35,601 nucleotides of DNA, from positions 1 through 35,601 of the IMG/VR virus record IMGVR_UViG_3300031644_000008; one strand, 5' to 3'. Numbering within the stretch: position 1 is the stretch's first letter; each line of letters begins with the position of its first letter. Positions 16,695 to 25,778 of the stretch are shown piece by piece. Source of the stretch: a virus. Taxonomy: Duplodnaviria; Caudoviricetes. A model generated the notes under the pieces. That model was not told the DNA's origin, did not search any database, and saw only the letters and a program-made list of their open reading frames with translations. The translations under genes and the position numbers were made by a program.

Positions 16695-18179
16695 ATGGCT
16701 ATTAGAGATTTTGGTACGTCACTGCTTGCAAATGTCAGGGCGCGTAAAGACGCAGGACAAGCAGAGGCTCGTAAGTATGCAGACAAACAACAAAACAAAA
16801 CTATTTTTAAAACTCTTGCTTTACAAGCGGCGGGTTCAATAGGCAAAGAAATATTTGCAAGTATCAATGCAGGGACAGCCCAGAAGACGGAAGACTTTTT
16901 AGCTAGATCTGAACTTCAAAACAATAAAATTAAAGTAACTCAATTTGAAAAAGAACTAGGAGTTTCTATTACTGAAAGAAAAGCGGCTAAAGATAAAGAC
17001 ATAACTTTAACCAATTATTATGCTCAAGATTTTGCTGATAAACAATTAGCACAGGCTAGAATAGACGAACCTGAAAAATATCGAGCAGGTAATGATTCTT
17101 TTTGGAAAGCTTCTTTTATGAAACTTCCAGAAATACAAGCGCAAGCAAAAAAACGTGCGGAAAGAAACGAATTAATTTATGGTAGCGGTACTGAGTTTAC
17201 CGCGGGTCGTGCGTCAGGCAGGACATTAGAGACATTAGCTTCACGAGAATCTACATCTTTCCCGCGTACTATTATTCAGAGACTTTCTAAAAACGTATCG
17301 ACTGTGGATTCTTTTAATGATGCTATGGGCAGTCTTACGCAGGTTAAAATTGCTACCAAACTTTACGGTATAACTAAAGATAAATTAAAATTAGGTCGTG
17401 AAGTTGCGGCTGAAACTGGGGACATAGCGTTAGGCGTACAGGCGGCAACAGGTCTTAGGCTTGATGACGATAAACGAAAAGAAGTCTTAGCTAATATTGC
17501 AAAAGGCTATAAAACTGAGTATGCTCACACCTCTCAAATAGATGGTCAAGGATATCTACGTACTATACAAATAGCCAGTACACTAGACAACAAAGGTGAT
17601 GTAGTTGGAAGCCCTGTTATTACTTCAGAAATACTAGGGTCTAATGAAAAACCCGCTACTTACACAGAAGTTCTTTCTGCAATTGGTAAAACTAATACTG
17701 TTCATACAAACGTACTAACTCTGGTAGGAAGAGAAGGTTATAAAGATTTTTTAAGAGAGGCAACGAAAAAAGGACTCATGCCGGACACGATGGAAATAAA
17801 AGATCACGTTAAGCTAAATATTTTTGCAATGAATCCTAATAATTATACAAGCGCAAAAAACATTATTCAAGAATTAACCGAGGTAGAATCAGCGTTTATG
17901 ATAGCTTATCTTAAAGCTTCTCCTAATCTTATGCGCGATATTGATAATCCACAAAACCCTGAAATTCAAAAAACTTATAGTCAACTATTAAATGGATTGA
18001 CGCTTGTTTTAAGAGGGGCAAGAACCGCTCAAGTGAAAAACACTGAACCAACTCCTGATGACCCGAAAAAACCTTCTTGGGCGCCTTCAGATAGCACTTG
18101 GTCAAAGTCACGTAAAGGTTGGGTTTCTAATGAACCTAATGAAGACGGTGACTATGAAATGTATACGGAGTCAGATTAA
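16695..18179 (+). CDS. Putative internal virion protein
   Basis: 494 aa, AGGAG RBS, mostly helical. Call rests on position only. Confidence 0.55.
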   Translation: MAIRDFGTSLLANVRARKDAGQAEARKYADKQQNKTIFKTLALQAAGSIGKEIFASINAGTAQKTEDFLARSELQNNKIKVTQFEKELGVSITERKAAKDKDITLTNYYAQDFADKQLAQARIDEPEKYRAGNDSFWKASFMKLPEIQAQAKKRAERNELIYGSGTEFTAGRASGRTLETLASRESTSFPRTIIQRLSKNVSTVDSFNDAMGSLTQVKIATKLYGITKDKLKLGREVAAETGDIALGVQAATGLRLDDDKRKEVLANIAKGYKTEYAHTSQIDGQGYLRTIQIASTLDNKGDVVGSPVITSEILGSNEKPATYTEVLSAIGKTNTVHTNVLTLVGREGYKDFLREATKKGLMPDTMEIKDHVKLNIFAMNPNNYTSAKNIIQELTEVESAFMIAYLKASPNLMRDIDNPQNPEIQKTYSQLLNGLTLVLRGARTAQVKNTEPTPDDPKKPSWAPSDSTWSKSRKGWVSNEPNEDGDYEMYTESD

Positions 18180-21100
18180 ATGAAAGTAACCCCAATTGAA
18201 GGCAATCCATTCGAAACCGAAGACGATCTTTCTATAGGCTATAAAACTACTGTTATTGAAGGCAATCCGTTTGAAACCGAAGACGAGCTTTCTATAGGCT
18301 ATAAAACTACTGTTGTTGAAGGCAATCCGTTTGAAGATGCGGAAGTTTCTCAGCCTGAGTTTGGCCCTTTAAAAGAAAACTATAAAGGCATTGATGCTGA
18401 AGTAGAAGCTGTATTATCTAAAAAAGACGAAGTAGTTATAGAGGAAGAAAAACCAAGCAGGACTTACAGCGGAAAGTTTTTTGGAGACTTAGAAACGCCA
18501 CCAGAGAAACGTGCAGAAAATAGAGAAGGCTTAAAAGCTCTTGGAACAGATGTTCTAAAAGTATTTTATGGCATACCTCGCGGCGTTGTTGATCTAATGG
18601 CAAGTGGGGTTATGGAAAAACTTACTGGTCTAGACATGAGTAAGTTAGAGCCTAAAGAGCGTGAAGAGCTTGTAAATAAATTAACAGATATGGCTATAGA
18701 TATGACGGCCCCTGCTTTTTCCGCAGTTGATTGGAACAAACGTGTAATAAATCCAGAAACAGGTCAGATCGCACAACCCGAAACTGTAGCGGGTATGGGG
18801 TTACAGTTAGGAGCTTTTGTTTTTGCAACAGGTAAGGTAGCTAAAGTTGCTGAAATAGGCTATAAAGGAATCAAGCTTATACCTAGTGTAGTTCCTCAAT
18901 CAGCTAATTGGGCAAGAACTACTGTAGTAACTAAAGAAAAATCAGGTGAATATATAGCAACCAAGCTTATAGGAAAAGATAATTTAGCCAAAGGTTTAGC
19001 TATGCTTACTGGCGTTGAAGTAGCAACTCAAGTAATGATTGACCCTGATAATAATTTATTTAATTTTGTTGAAGATTCAATCTCTGAAGATACTGAAGGT
19101 GGAGTTGGTTTGATTAGAGACATGGGTGAATTTTTCTCTGCTGATAAAGATGATACTGAACTTACAAAGCGTTTAAAATTATCTTTTGAAAGTTTATCAA
19201 TAACAGCAGTATTTAAAATTGCTACAAATCCAAAGGCAGTTGGAAGATTTATAGTGGGTAAACACCCTTCTCAAATGTCTAAAGAAGAACAAATAGAAGC
19301 ACTAATGAAACAGTTAGACTACGAGCGACAGATATTAAACATGCTCGACCCTCAAAAATTAAAATTGGTTGAAGAGACTCCAGAAGGTTTAGCGCAGGTA
19401 GCTCGACAACGAGATTCTTTTTTGTCTAGAATGAATCAAAAGTTTTTAACTACTGAAGGATATTCTACACCATTAATGCATCACGCACAACAAAACGCTA
19501 AGTTTACACAGAAACAACTTGTACAAGATGCTCAAATTGTTGCAACTCATTTAGATCGCGCATTAAATAGCGCGGGAAATAATAAAGATTTAATTTCTAA
19601 AACAACTAGGTTATTAGAAACTGATCTTACTGACATAATAAACATGAAGCCTAATAAACAAGTTTCTGCCCTTGCTAAGAAGTATGATGTTCCTGAAGAT
19701 GTTGCAAGTGAAATTTTAAGTTTTCGTAAACTTCAAGACGGTCTAACAACTCGCGTTATAAACATGAAAGGATTTAGTGATGAGTCTAAAGCAACACTAA
19801 TCGCAAACCTTGGAAAATATATACGATCTACGTACCGCGCTTTTGAAGACAGCGGATACAAACCAACCTCTAAAGTTATGAAAGACGCTGAAGAATATTA
19901 TGTTGCTAAAATTCAAGCTAAAGCATTAAAAAGAGGGAAGACTGTATCAAACGCAAAAGCTCTTAAACAAGCTAAGATACAAATTGAAAAGAAACTTGGA
20001 AACAGTGACGAAGTTGTAGACTATGTAAATCAAATTAATAAAGTAGCTAAATTAAGAAAAAAGAAAGAACTCGATCCTGAAGTAAGGGCGCTATTAGGAG
20101 AGATTACCGACCCTAGTGAAAAAATTGTTTTATCTCTTGCAAAGCTTTCGCGTATAGCTGAAATGCAACAATACTATAATGTTGTAGATCAGTTATCAAA
20201 AGGAAAAAACGGATACATTCAATCAACAGAAAATGTAAATCGCGGATTAACTGTGCAAATTAAAGGCACTAATTCTATACTGGATAACAAGTGGACTACT
20301 CCTGAAATAGAGAAGGCTGTTTTAAATAAACAAAACACATTTGATACCCTGTCAGCAAAAAGTGCAAGCGGGACTGCATGGAGATTTTATGTAGGCGCAC
20401 AAGGTGTAGCACAATCTATGCAAACAGTATTTAATCATGTTACTCAAGCGCGTAACGCTGTTGGAAGCGCCTCGTTTCTTGTAGCTAACGGACATAACCC
20501 TTTGAGCATGGGAGGTTTAAAAGCTCTTGGTACTTTAGAGAATGAAATCTTGGGAGCGAGAGCAGGTCTTGGTCGTGTTACAGGACTATATAAAGTTGAC
20601 GAGAAAAAAAGTGCTTCGTATCTAGCAGAGATGCAAGGGTACGGAGTAATTGACTCAAGCGTCAAGTTAAATCAATTTCGAGACATGCTTTCTGATGGCT
20701 TTCAAGGTTCAGATAGTGTATCTAGAACAATAGGAGCAGGAAAATCTAAGGCTGTTAAATTTGCTACAAAGCTTGCTAAAAAACCTCAAGACGTTTATGG
20801 GGCCGTAGATGATTTTTCTAAAATAATTGCTTTTGAGTCAGAGCTTAAAACTTTACGCAAAGCTTTTCCTAATGAAACTGATGAACTGTTAAAACGAAGA
20901 TCTGCTAATTTAGTGCAAAAGACTATTCCCACCTATCAAAATATTTCTCCGGGATTTCAACAGGCGCGTAACATACCTTTAGGAAACTATATTTCTTTTC
21001 CAGTAGAGGTAGTACGTACAAGTCTAAACATTGTACAACAAGTGGCTAAAGAAATTGCTTCTGATAACCGTGTTATAAAAATGCGTGGTCTTCGAAGAGC

Positions 21101-22463
21101 CGCAGGTTTTGCTACAGCTAATATGGGATATGGGTATCTTGCAAAAAGCTCTTACGATCATTATAATATGGACGATCAAGAAGTAGAAGATCGCAGAGTT
21201 TTAAAGTCTAGTAAGTTTAGTTCAGCACACGATTTAATTTATTCTATGGATGATGAAGGTAACTACTTTACTACTAATACAGAATTTTTAAACTCATATT
21301 ATTATATGAAAGAACCTTTTGTAGCGGCATACGATAGGATTATTAGCGGTCAACTAAAAGGCGAAGAACTAGACGCTTATATGCTAGGGGCGGCAGGGAC
21401 ATACATAAAAACTTTAACAGATCCTTTTACAGCGGAGTCTATGGTCTTATCACCTTGGATTGATATGGCGACTGCCGCACTTTCTAAAGATAATGAAGAC
21501 AGACAAGGGCGGCAACTGTTTCCAGATAAAGATAGTAATGTTGATCACCTCCGAACTGTACTTACTGAAGGATTTAAACCATTAATTCCGGGATCTGTTA
21601 CTAATTTAATAAAATTAAAAGATGCTCTTAATGAAAAATCTAATAAGTGGTCTGGTCGTTTTCGTGATCCTGAGTACGCTAAACTAGAACAGTTTGGAAT
21701 TAAAAAGGAACCCTATCTTGCAGATGAGTATTTAAAGTGGGCGATTGAAGATTACAAGCTTCAGAATAATCAGAACAAAACAGATAGCGTGAATTTAGAA
21801 AGCACAGATGAAGAGATGACGCGAGACTTTTATAGAACAAATGCTGTTGAGTTTCAGTATCAACAAGATTTGTGGATTAAGGCTTCAGCATACGCTAGAA
21901 TAAAAACCCCTGAAGAAGCCTTTGAGCTTTTAATAAAAAATAAAATTTCTCCTGCTAAAGCGGGGAGTATTTTAGAGGGGCGGTTTGTACCCCTAGCTCC
22001 GCGTCACGATCCTACTGCCTATAGACTTGAAGCACTTGCTCGACAAACTCCTGAATTTATAGAAGGTTTTAACCAAGGAATAAACAAAGCTGAATTTGAG
22101 CAATGGAAAGCTTACGAGGAAATGGATCTTCTTACGTTAGGAAATTTAAAAAATTATAATTTTAGTGCGCCAGAAGGAAGTATAAAAGTTGATACCAACA
22201 ATTCTTTCTTAGAATCTAACGCGCCTTTAACACCTGAAGAGCGTGAAGAAGCAGGGCTAATGCCTAAAGCTACAGGAGGCGAAGTATCCACACCTGTGCC
22301 TAATGCGCCTATAGAACCTGACGAGCGTATAAATAAACTCACAGGCTTACCGTACAACGAAGGCGCAGGGACTGCGTACATGGACGCGGATGATCCTATG
22401 CGAGTGTTAAACATGGCCGCAGGTGGTAAAGTACTAAACAAACTAAAAGGAGGCTGTAGCTAA
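18180..22463 (+). CDS. Large internal virion protein (positional analogue of T7 gp16)
   Basis: 1427 aa, GGAG RBS at 18167-18170. Largest and last gene of the internal-protein block, with N-terminal 20-aa repeats and C-terminal KATGGEV and MAAGGKV tags. Confidence 0.65.
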   Translation: MKVTPIEGNPFETEDDLSIGYKTTVIEGNPFETEDELSIGYKTTVVEGNPFEDAEVSQPEFGPLKENYKGIDAEVEAVLSKKDEVVIEEEKPSRTYSGKFFGDLETPPEKRAENREGLKALGTDVLKVFYGIPRGVVDLMASGVMEKLTGLDMSKLEPKEREELVNKLTDMAIDMTAPAFSAVDWNKRVINPETGQIAQPETVAGMGLQLGAFVFATGKVAKVAEIGYKGIKLIPSVVPQSANWARTTVVTKEKSGEYIATKLIGKDNLAKGLAMLTGVEVATQVMIDPDNNLFNFVEDSISEDTEGGVGLIRDMGEFFSADKDDTELTKRLKLSFESLSITAVFKIATNPKAVGRFIVGKHPSQMSKEEQIEALMKQLDYERQILNMLDPQKLKLVEETPEGLAQVARQRDSFLSRMNQKFLTTEGYSTPLMHHAQQNAKFTQKQLVQDAQIVATHLDRALNSAGNNKDLISKTTRLLETDLTDIINMKPNKQVSALAKKYDVPEDVASEILSFRKLQDGLTTRVINMKGFSDESKATLIANLGKYIRSTYRAFEDSGYKPTSKVMKDAEEYYVAKIQAKALKRGKTVSNAKALKQAKIQIEKKLGNSDEVVDYVNQINKVAKLRKKKELDPEVRALLGEITDPSEKIVLSLAKLSRIAEMQQYYNVVDQLSKGKNGYIQSTENVNRGLTVQIKGTNSILDNKWTTPEIEKAVLNKQNTFDTLSAKSASGTAWRFYVGAQGVAQSMQTVFNHVTQARNAVGSASFLVANGHNPLSMGGLKALGTLENEILGARAGLGRVTGLYKVDEKKSASYLAEMQGYGVIDSSVKLNQFRDMLSDGFQGSDSVSRTIGAGKSKAVKFATKLAKKPQDVYGAVDDFSKIIAFESELKTLRKAFPNETDELLKRRSANLVQKTIPTYQNISPGFQQARNIPLGNYISFPVEVVRTSLNIVQQVAKEIASDNRVIKMRGLRRAAGFATANMGYGYLAKSSYDHYNMDDQEVEDRRVLKSSKFSSAHDLIYSMDDEGNYFTTNTEFLNSYYYMKEPFVAAYDRIISGQLKGEELDAYMLGAAGTYIKTLTDPFTAESMVLSPWIDMATAALSKDNEDRQGRQLFPDKDSNVDHLRTVLTEGFKPLIPGSVTNLIKLKDALNEKSNKWSGRFRDPEYAKLEQFGIKKEPYLADEYLKWAIEDYKLQNNQNKTDSVNLESTDEEMTRDFYRTNAVEFQYQQDLWIKASAYARIKTPEEAFELLIKNKISPAKAGSILEGRFVPLAPRHDPTAYRLEALARQTPEFIEGFNQGINKAEFEQWKAYEEMDLLTLGNLKNYNFSAPEGSIKVDTNNSFLESNAPLTPEEREEAGLMPKATGGEVSTPVPNAPIEPDERINKLTGLPYNEGAGTAYMDADDPMRVLNMAAGGKVLNKLKGGCS
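18195..18335 (+). repeat. 60-bp tandem coding repeat, about 2.3 copies (IEGNPFETEDxLSIGYKTTV)
   Basis: Near-identical units start at 18195, 18255 and 18315. Confidence 0.9.
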
Positions 22464-22813
22464 TGGCCGAACAATTTAAATACTTTAAACTCTCAGACTT
22501 TAACTGCCAAGAAACTGGCGAGAATGAAATGGATGTTGATTTCATACACGCTCTAGATCAACTCAGAGCGGCCTGTGGGTTTCCGTTTATTATTACAAGC
22601 GGCTACAGAAGTAAAGACCATAGTATAGAGAAGCGTAAATCAAAAGCAGGAACACATGCACATGGAATTGCCGCAGACATTAAAGTCTCTGGAGGCGCAC
22701 AGCGTTTAGCAATTGTTAAACATGCGTCAGCTTTGGGCATGAGCGTAGGTGTTGCTAAGTCCTTTGTTCACGTAGATGTTCGCAAAACCGAACCTATGTG
22801 TTGGTGCTACTAG
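22463..22813 (+). CDS. Endolysin, peptidase M15A family (Zn D-Ala-D-Ala peptidase fold)
   Basis: YFKLSDFNC, ITSGYRS, H-x6-D (HAHGIAAD) and FVHVD motifs. TAATG overlap with AGGAGG RBS. Confidence 0.85.
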   Translation: MAEQFKYFKLSDFNCQETGENEMDVDFIHALDQLRAACGFPFIITSGYRSKDHSIEKRKSKAGTHAHGIAADIKVSGGAQRLAIVKHASALGMSVGVAKSFVHVDVRKTEPMCWCY

Positions 22814-22815
22814 GG

Positions 22816-23538
22816 ATGAAACTAGTTGTTGCGCTTATCTTTATATTAGGATCGTCAGTTTTGTATGCACAAGAAGAGCCTATGGGAGATACTGACTCAG
22901 ACAACAACCAAGACGGATCGCTCAACACCAACACAGTGGGCAGTACTGTTAGTAGTAACAACAACAGTAAAGATGATAGCGTAACTAACACTTACAATGG
23001 CGCAGGCAGTTCTGGAGCTATGCCAGTAGGCTCAGCAATAGCCCCTAGCTACATGTCTAATGGCATGGAAACATGTTTGCAGGGATCAGGTGGTTCAATT
23101 CAAACAGGAATTATAGGTATAACTAAAGGCAGTTACGAATCAGATGTTGATTGTAATAGGCGTAGAGATGCTAAAGTTCTAAGCGATCTAGGAATGAAGG
23201 TAGCCGCTATTGCTAGGATGTGTGAAGACGTAAAGGTTTGGAGGTCTTTATTTATATCTGCAACGCCCTGTCCTGTTCTATCAGGCGGTAGATTAGTAGT
23301 AGGTAAAAGAGCTTTTCTTTTAATGAAGATGCAACCAAGCCTGTACATACCAGACTACGGTGAGGTTGGAGTTATTCGCAGAGCAACGTGGTCTAAGCTT
23401 GAACCGATAATAAAATATACAAAAACTCAAATATGGTACAACTCAATTTTAGGTATAGGAGCAGGGAATGAAAATGAAGACGAAGATAGTGGCTCTAGTG
23501 AGTCTGTTTCTGAGCAGTTCCGCAGTTCAAGCAAGTGA
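22816..23538 (+). CDS. Secreted/periplasmic Cys-containing hypothetical protein
   Basis: Start at ATG 22816 gives a signal peptide MKLVVALIFILGSSVLYA. Asn/Ser/Thr-rich linker, then a four-Cys domain (TC...DCNRRRDAKVL...LGMKVAAIARMC...TPCP). Confidence 0.7.
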   Translation: MKLVVALIFILGSSVLYAQEEPMGDTDSDNNQDGSLNTNTVGSTVSSNNNSKDDSVTNTYNGAGSSGAMPVGSAIAPSYMSNGMETCLQGSGGSIQTGIIGITKGSYESDVDCNRRRDAKVLSDLGMKVAAIARMCEDVKVWRSLFISATPCPVLSGGRLVVGKRAFLLMKMQPSLYIPDYGEVGVIRRATWSKLEPIIKYTKTQIWYNSILGIGAGNENEDEDSGSSESVSEQFRSSSK

Positions 23539-24328
23539 GTTAGATACTTTAATAGCAAGCAGTGCGGCTATTATAGATCAGATAAATACAGGCATCCTAA
23601 TGACAGGAGCCGCTATGGGCTATGCTAACACTGGCACAGGAATTAGTGACGGACAACTAGCAGGTACAGCGTACATAACAACAGAGCAAGTTAACGCTTA
23701 TAATCAAGCACTTGCAGGAATGGTAACTTACTTGCCCTATGGTTCTGCCCAAGATTATTTAGAAGAACAAGCCGCGGCAGAGCTTGACTTAATGGAAGCG
23801 GCTATAGAAGATTTTACAGCCGTAGTAGTAGACATGCTTGCAGTACAAGAAGTTGCTGAACTATCTGCTGAAGCATCAACTCCAGACGAAGAAGCCGCAG
23901 TGCAGGAATATGTTACTACAAATACAGATGCCCTCACGATAGATCAAGCTGATGCTGACATTTATAATTCTAGTTTAGATTCTATAGAAGGCCATGCTAA
24001 TGCCGCAGGAGCTTTTCTGGGCGTAGCCGCAAACCCAGACGCTGTGGCGTTTATGGATCAAGGAGCAATGGATAATAACACTCGTGTTGAAACAAACACC
24101 TTGAGCTATAGCGCGTCTACTCAGTCCGTAAGCCTTGCTTGGACTTCTGGAAACCCTGCTACTAGCATATACGTAAATGGCTCAGATGCGTTTAATATTA
24201 ACTTGTACGTTTCTCACCAAGACATTTTAACATCAGGAGCTACCAGTGAGCTTTATCTTACTGGCCCAACTTATTTAGGTTATGAGTGCTTTATGACTCA
24301 ACTAAACTGTGAGGAGACAGGAGGATGA
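23468..24328 (+). CDS. Secreted/periplasmic acidic helical hypothetical protein
   Basis: AGGAG at 23457-23461. Signal peptide MKMKTKIVALVSLFLSSSAVQA. The mature part has almost no basic residues and ends in CFMTQLNC. Confidence 0.7.
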   Translation: MKMKTKIVALVSLFLSSSAVQASELDTLIASSAAIIDQINTGILMTGAAMGYANTGTGISDGQLAGTAYITTEQVNAYNQALAGMVTYLPYGSAQDYLEEQAAAELDLMEAAIEDFTAVVVDMLAVQEVAELSAEASTPDEEAAVQEYVTTNTDALTIDQADADIYNSSLDSIEGHANAAGAFLGVAANPDAVAFMDQGAMDNNTRVETNTLSYSASTQSVSLAWTSGNPATSIYVNGSDAFNINLYVSHQDILTSGATSELYLTGPTYLGYECFMTQLNCEETGG

Positions 24329-24801
24329 GTTTAGCAGAAACAGAACTAACGATTGGCGGCACAAGCTTTAAAGGCGTTTATATCGCTATACTTCTTAGCC
24401 TTGCAACAACTCTAGGTGGTGGTGTATGGACAGCAAGCTCACTATACGGACGTTTAGAGGCTGTTGAGTCTGTGTCTATTCCAAGCATTGCTCCGCTAGA
24501 AGAAAGCCTACTGCTTATTAAACAAGAACTAAAAGACAATGATGTCTCACAGCTTCAAGGCAAGTTAGCAACACTAGGCGTTAACCTAATTACAATTATG
24601 GAACAACAAGAAAAGCTATTATTGATTGATGAAAATGTAGATAGTTTAGAGAAAGACATTGAGACTATGAAAGCTACTGTAGCTAAAGCAGAGTTAATGA
24701 CAGCTAACTTAAACAAGCTTGACGGTCAGCTAAAAACAATTAGCCGTGAAATAGAAGACTTGTGGAAAGGTATGGATTACCTGTCAAACCCTTTAAAATA
24801 G
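24325..24801 (+). CDS. Membrane-anchored coiled-coil protein (inner-spanin-like topology)
   Basis: ATGA overlap, AGGAG upstream. One N-terminal TM (VYIAILLSLATTLGGGVWTA) followed by heptad coiled coil. Confidence 0.6.
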   Translation: MSLAETELTIGGTSFKGVYIAILLSLATTLGGGVWTASSLYGRLEAVESVSIPSIAPLEESLLLIKQELKDNDVSQLQGKLATLGVNLITIMEQQEKLLLIDENVDSLEKDIETMKATVAKAELMTANLNKLDGQLKTISREIEDLWKGMDYLSNPLK

Positions 24802-24810
24802 GATAGAGAT

Positions 24811-25188
24811 ATGTTAGATAAACTGATAGGCCCAGTGACCGGACTGCTTGACAAGTTCATTGAAGATAAGGATCAGCGTAACGCCTTAGCTCACGAAATT
24901 GCTACGATGTCTGAGCGTCACGCCCAAGAGATTTCTAAAGGACAGTTAGAAGTAAACAAGGTTGAGGCGGCGCACAAGAGCTTGTTTGTTAGCGGATGGC
25001 GACCTGCTATTGGTTGGATCTGCGGATTTGCTTTAATGTATTCTACAATCTTAGCACCAATACTAGGCATTTGGTTTACTGTCCCTGCTGTAGATAGTTC
25101 ACTTCTTACAAGTGTACTGATGGGCATGTTGGGACTAGGTGCAATGAGAACTGTAGAGAAAACAAAATCAGTAGCGAGGGACAAGTAA
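24811..25188 (+). CDS. Holin, 3-TM (gene-transfer-agent holin-like) family
   Basis: LIGPVTGLLDKFIEDKD...EAAHKSLFVSGWRPAIGWIC...LMGMLGLGAMRTVEK signature. Confidence 0.8.
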   Translation: MLDKLIGPVTGLLDKFIEDKDQRNALAHEIATMSERHAQEISKGQLEVNKVEAAHKSLFVSGWRPAIGWICGFALMYSTILAPILGIWFTVPAVDSSLLTSVLMGMLGLGAMRTVEKTKSVARDK

Positions 25189-25370
25189 TGGCGGCAAAGA
25201 AAAAGTCAACAGTTAATGAGGCAGGTAATTATACCAATCCTACAATGCGTAAGAATTTATTTAATAAAATTAAAAGAGGAACTAAGGGCGGCAAAGCAGG
25301 ACAGTGGAGCGCACGAAAGGCTCAGATGCTTGCCAAACAATACAAAGAAGCAGGAGGAGGTTACAAATGA
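25188..25370 (+). CDS. Small basic protein (DUF5872-like N-terminal half)
   Basis: YTNPTMRK...KGGKAGQWSARKAQMLAKQYKEAGGGYK. TAATG overlap. Confidence 0.7.
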   Translation: MAAKKKSTVNEAGNYTNPTMRKNLFNKIKRGTKGGKAGQWSARKAQMLAKQYKEAGGGYK

Positions 25371-25534
25371 AAGGTGTTAAACATTATAAGAAAGACGGCA
25401 CAGAGCATAAAGGCTCTAGTCACAAGATGGCTGATGGTACTCTACACACTAATAAGTCTCACACCAAAACAAGTGTAAAGTTATTTCATTTAAAGGACTT
25501 GTCAGCTAAAGCAAAAGCTAAGGCGAAGAAGTAA
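25367..25534 (+). CDS. Small His/Lys-rich protein (55 aa)
   Basis: AGGAGGAGG RBS and ATGA overlap place the start at 25367 (MKGVKHYKKDGTEH...), not 25304. Confidence 0.7.
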   Translation: MKGVKHYKKDGTEHKGSSHKMADGTLHTNKSHTKTSVKLFHLKDLSAKAKAKAKK

Positions 25535-25776
25535 TGGCACTTGCAAAATCTCAGAAGTCTTTAAAGAAATGGACAGGGCAGAAGTGGACTACAAAGTCTG
25601 GAAAGCCTAGTGCTAAAACTGGCGAAAGGTATTTGCCTAAAGCGGCTATAAAGGCTTTGACACCTGCACAGTATGCGGCAACCACCAAGAAGAAGAAAGC
25701 TGACACCGCTAAGGGCAAACAACATAGCTCACAGCCTAAAAAGATTGCGGCCAAAACTAAAAAGTATAGGGTCTAG
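25534..25776 (+). CDS. Small basic protein (DUF5872-like C-terminal half)
   Basis: SQKSLKKWTGQKWTTKSGK...GERYLPKAAIKAL. TAATG overlap. Confidence 0.7.
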   Translation: MALAKSQKSLKKWTGQKWTTKSGKPSAKTGERYLPKAAIKALTPAQYAATTKKKKADTAKGKQHSSQPKKIAAKTKKYRV

Positions 25777-25778
25777 AT

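Noticed and set aside
18195-18335. 60-bp repeats as a possible CRISPR mini-array
   Set aside because: Units are contiguous with no unique spacers, are in frame, and no cas operon is present. The Cas4-like nuclease sits in the replication module.
25304-25366. ORF-track 5' extensions at 25304, and likewise 22798, 28350, 29010 and 26453
   Set aside because: Downstream starts fit better on SD sequence, stop-start overlap or signal peptide; the extensions overlap upstream genes.
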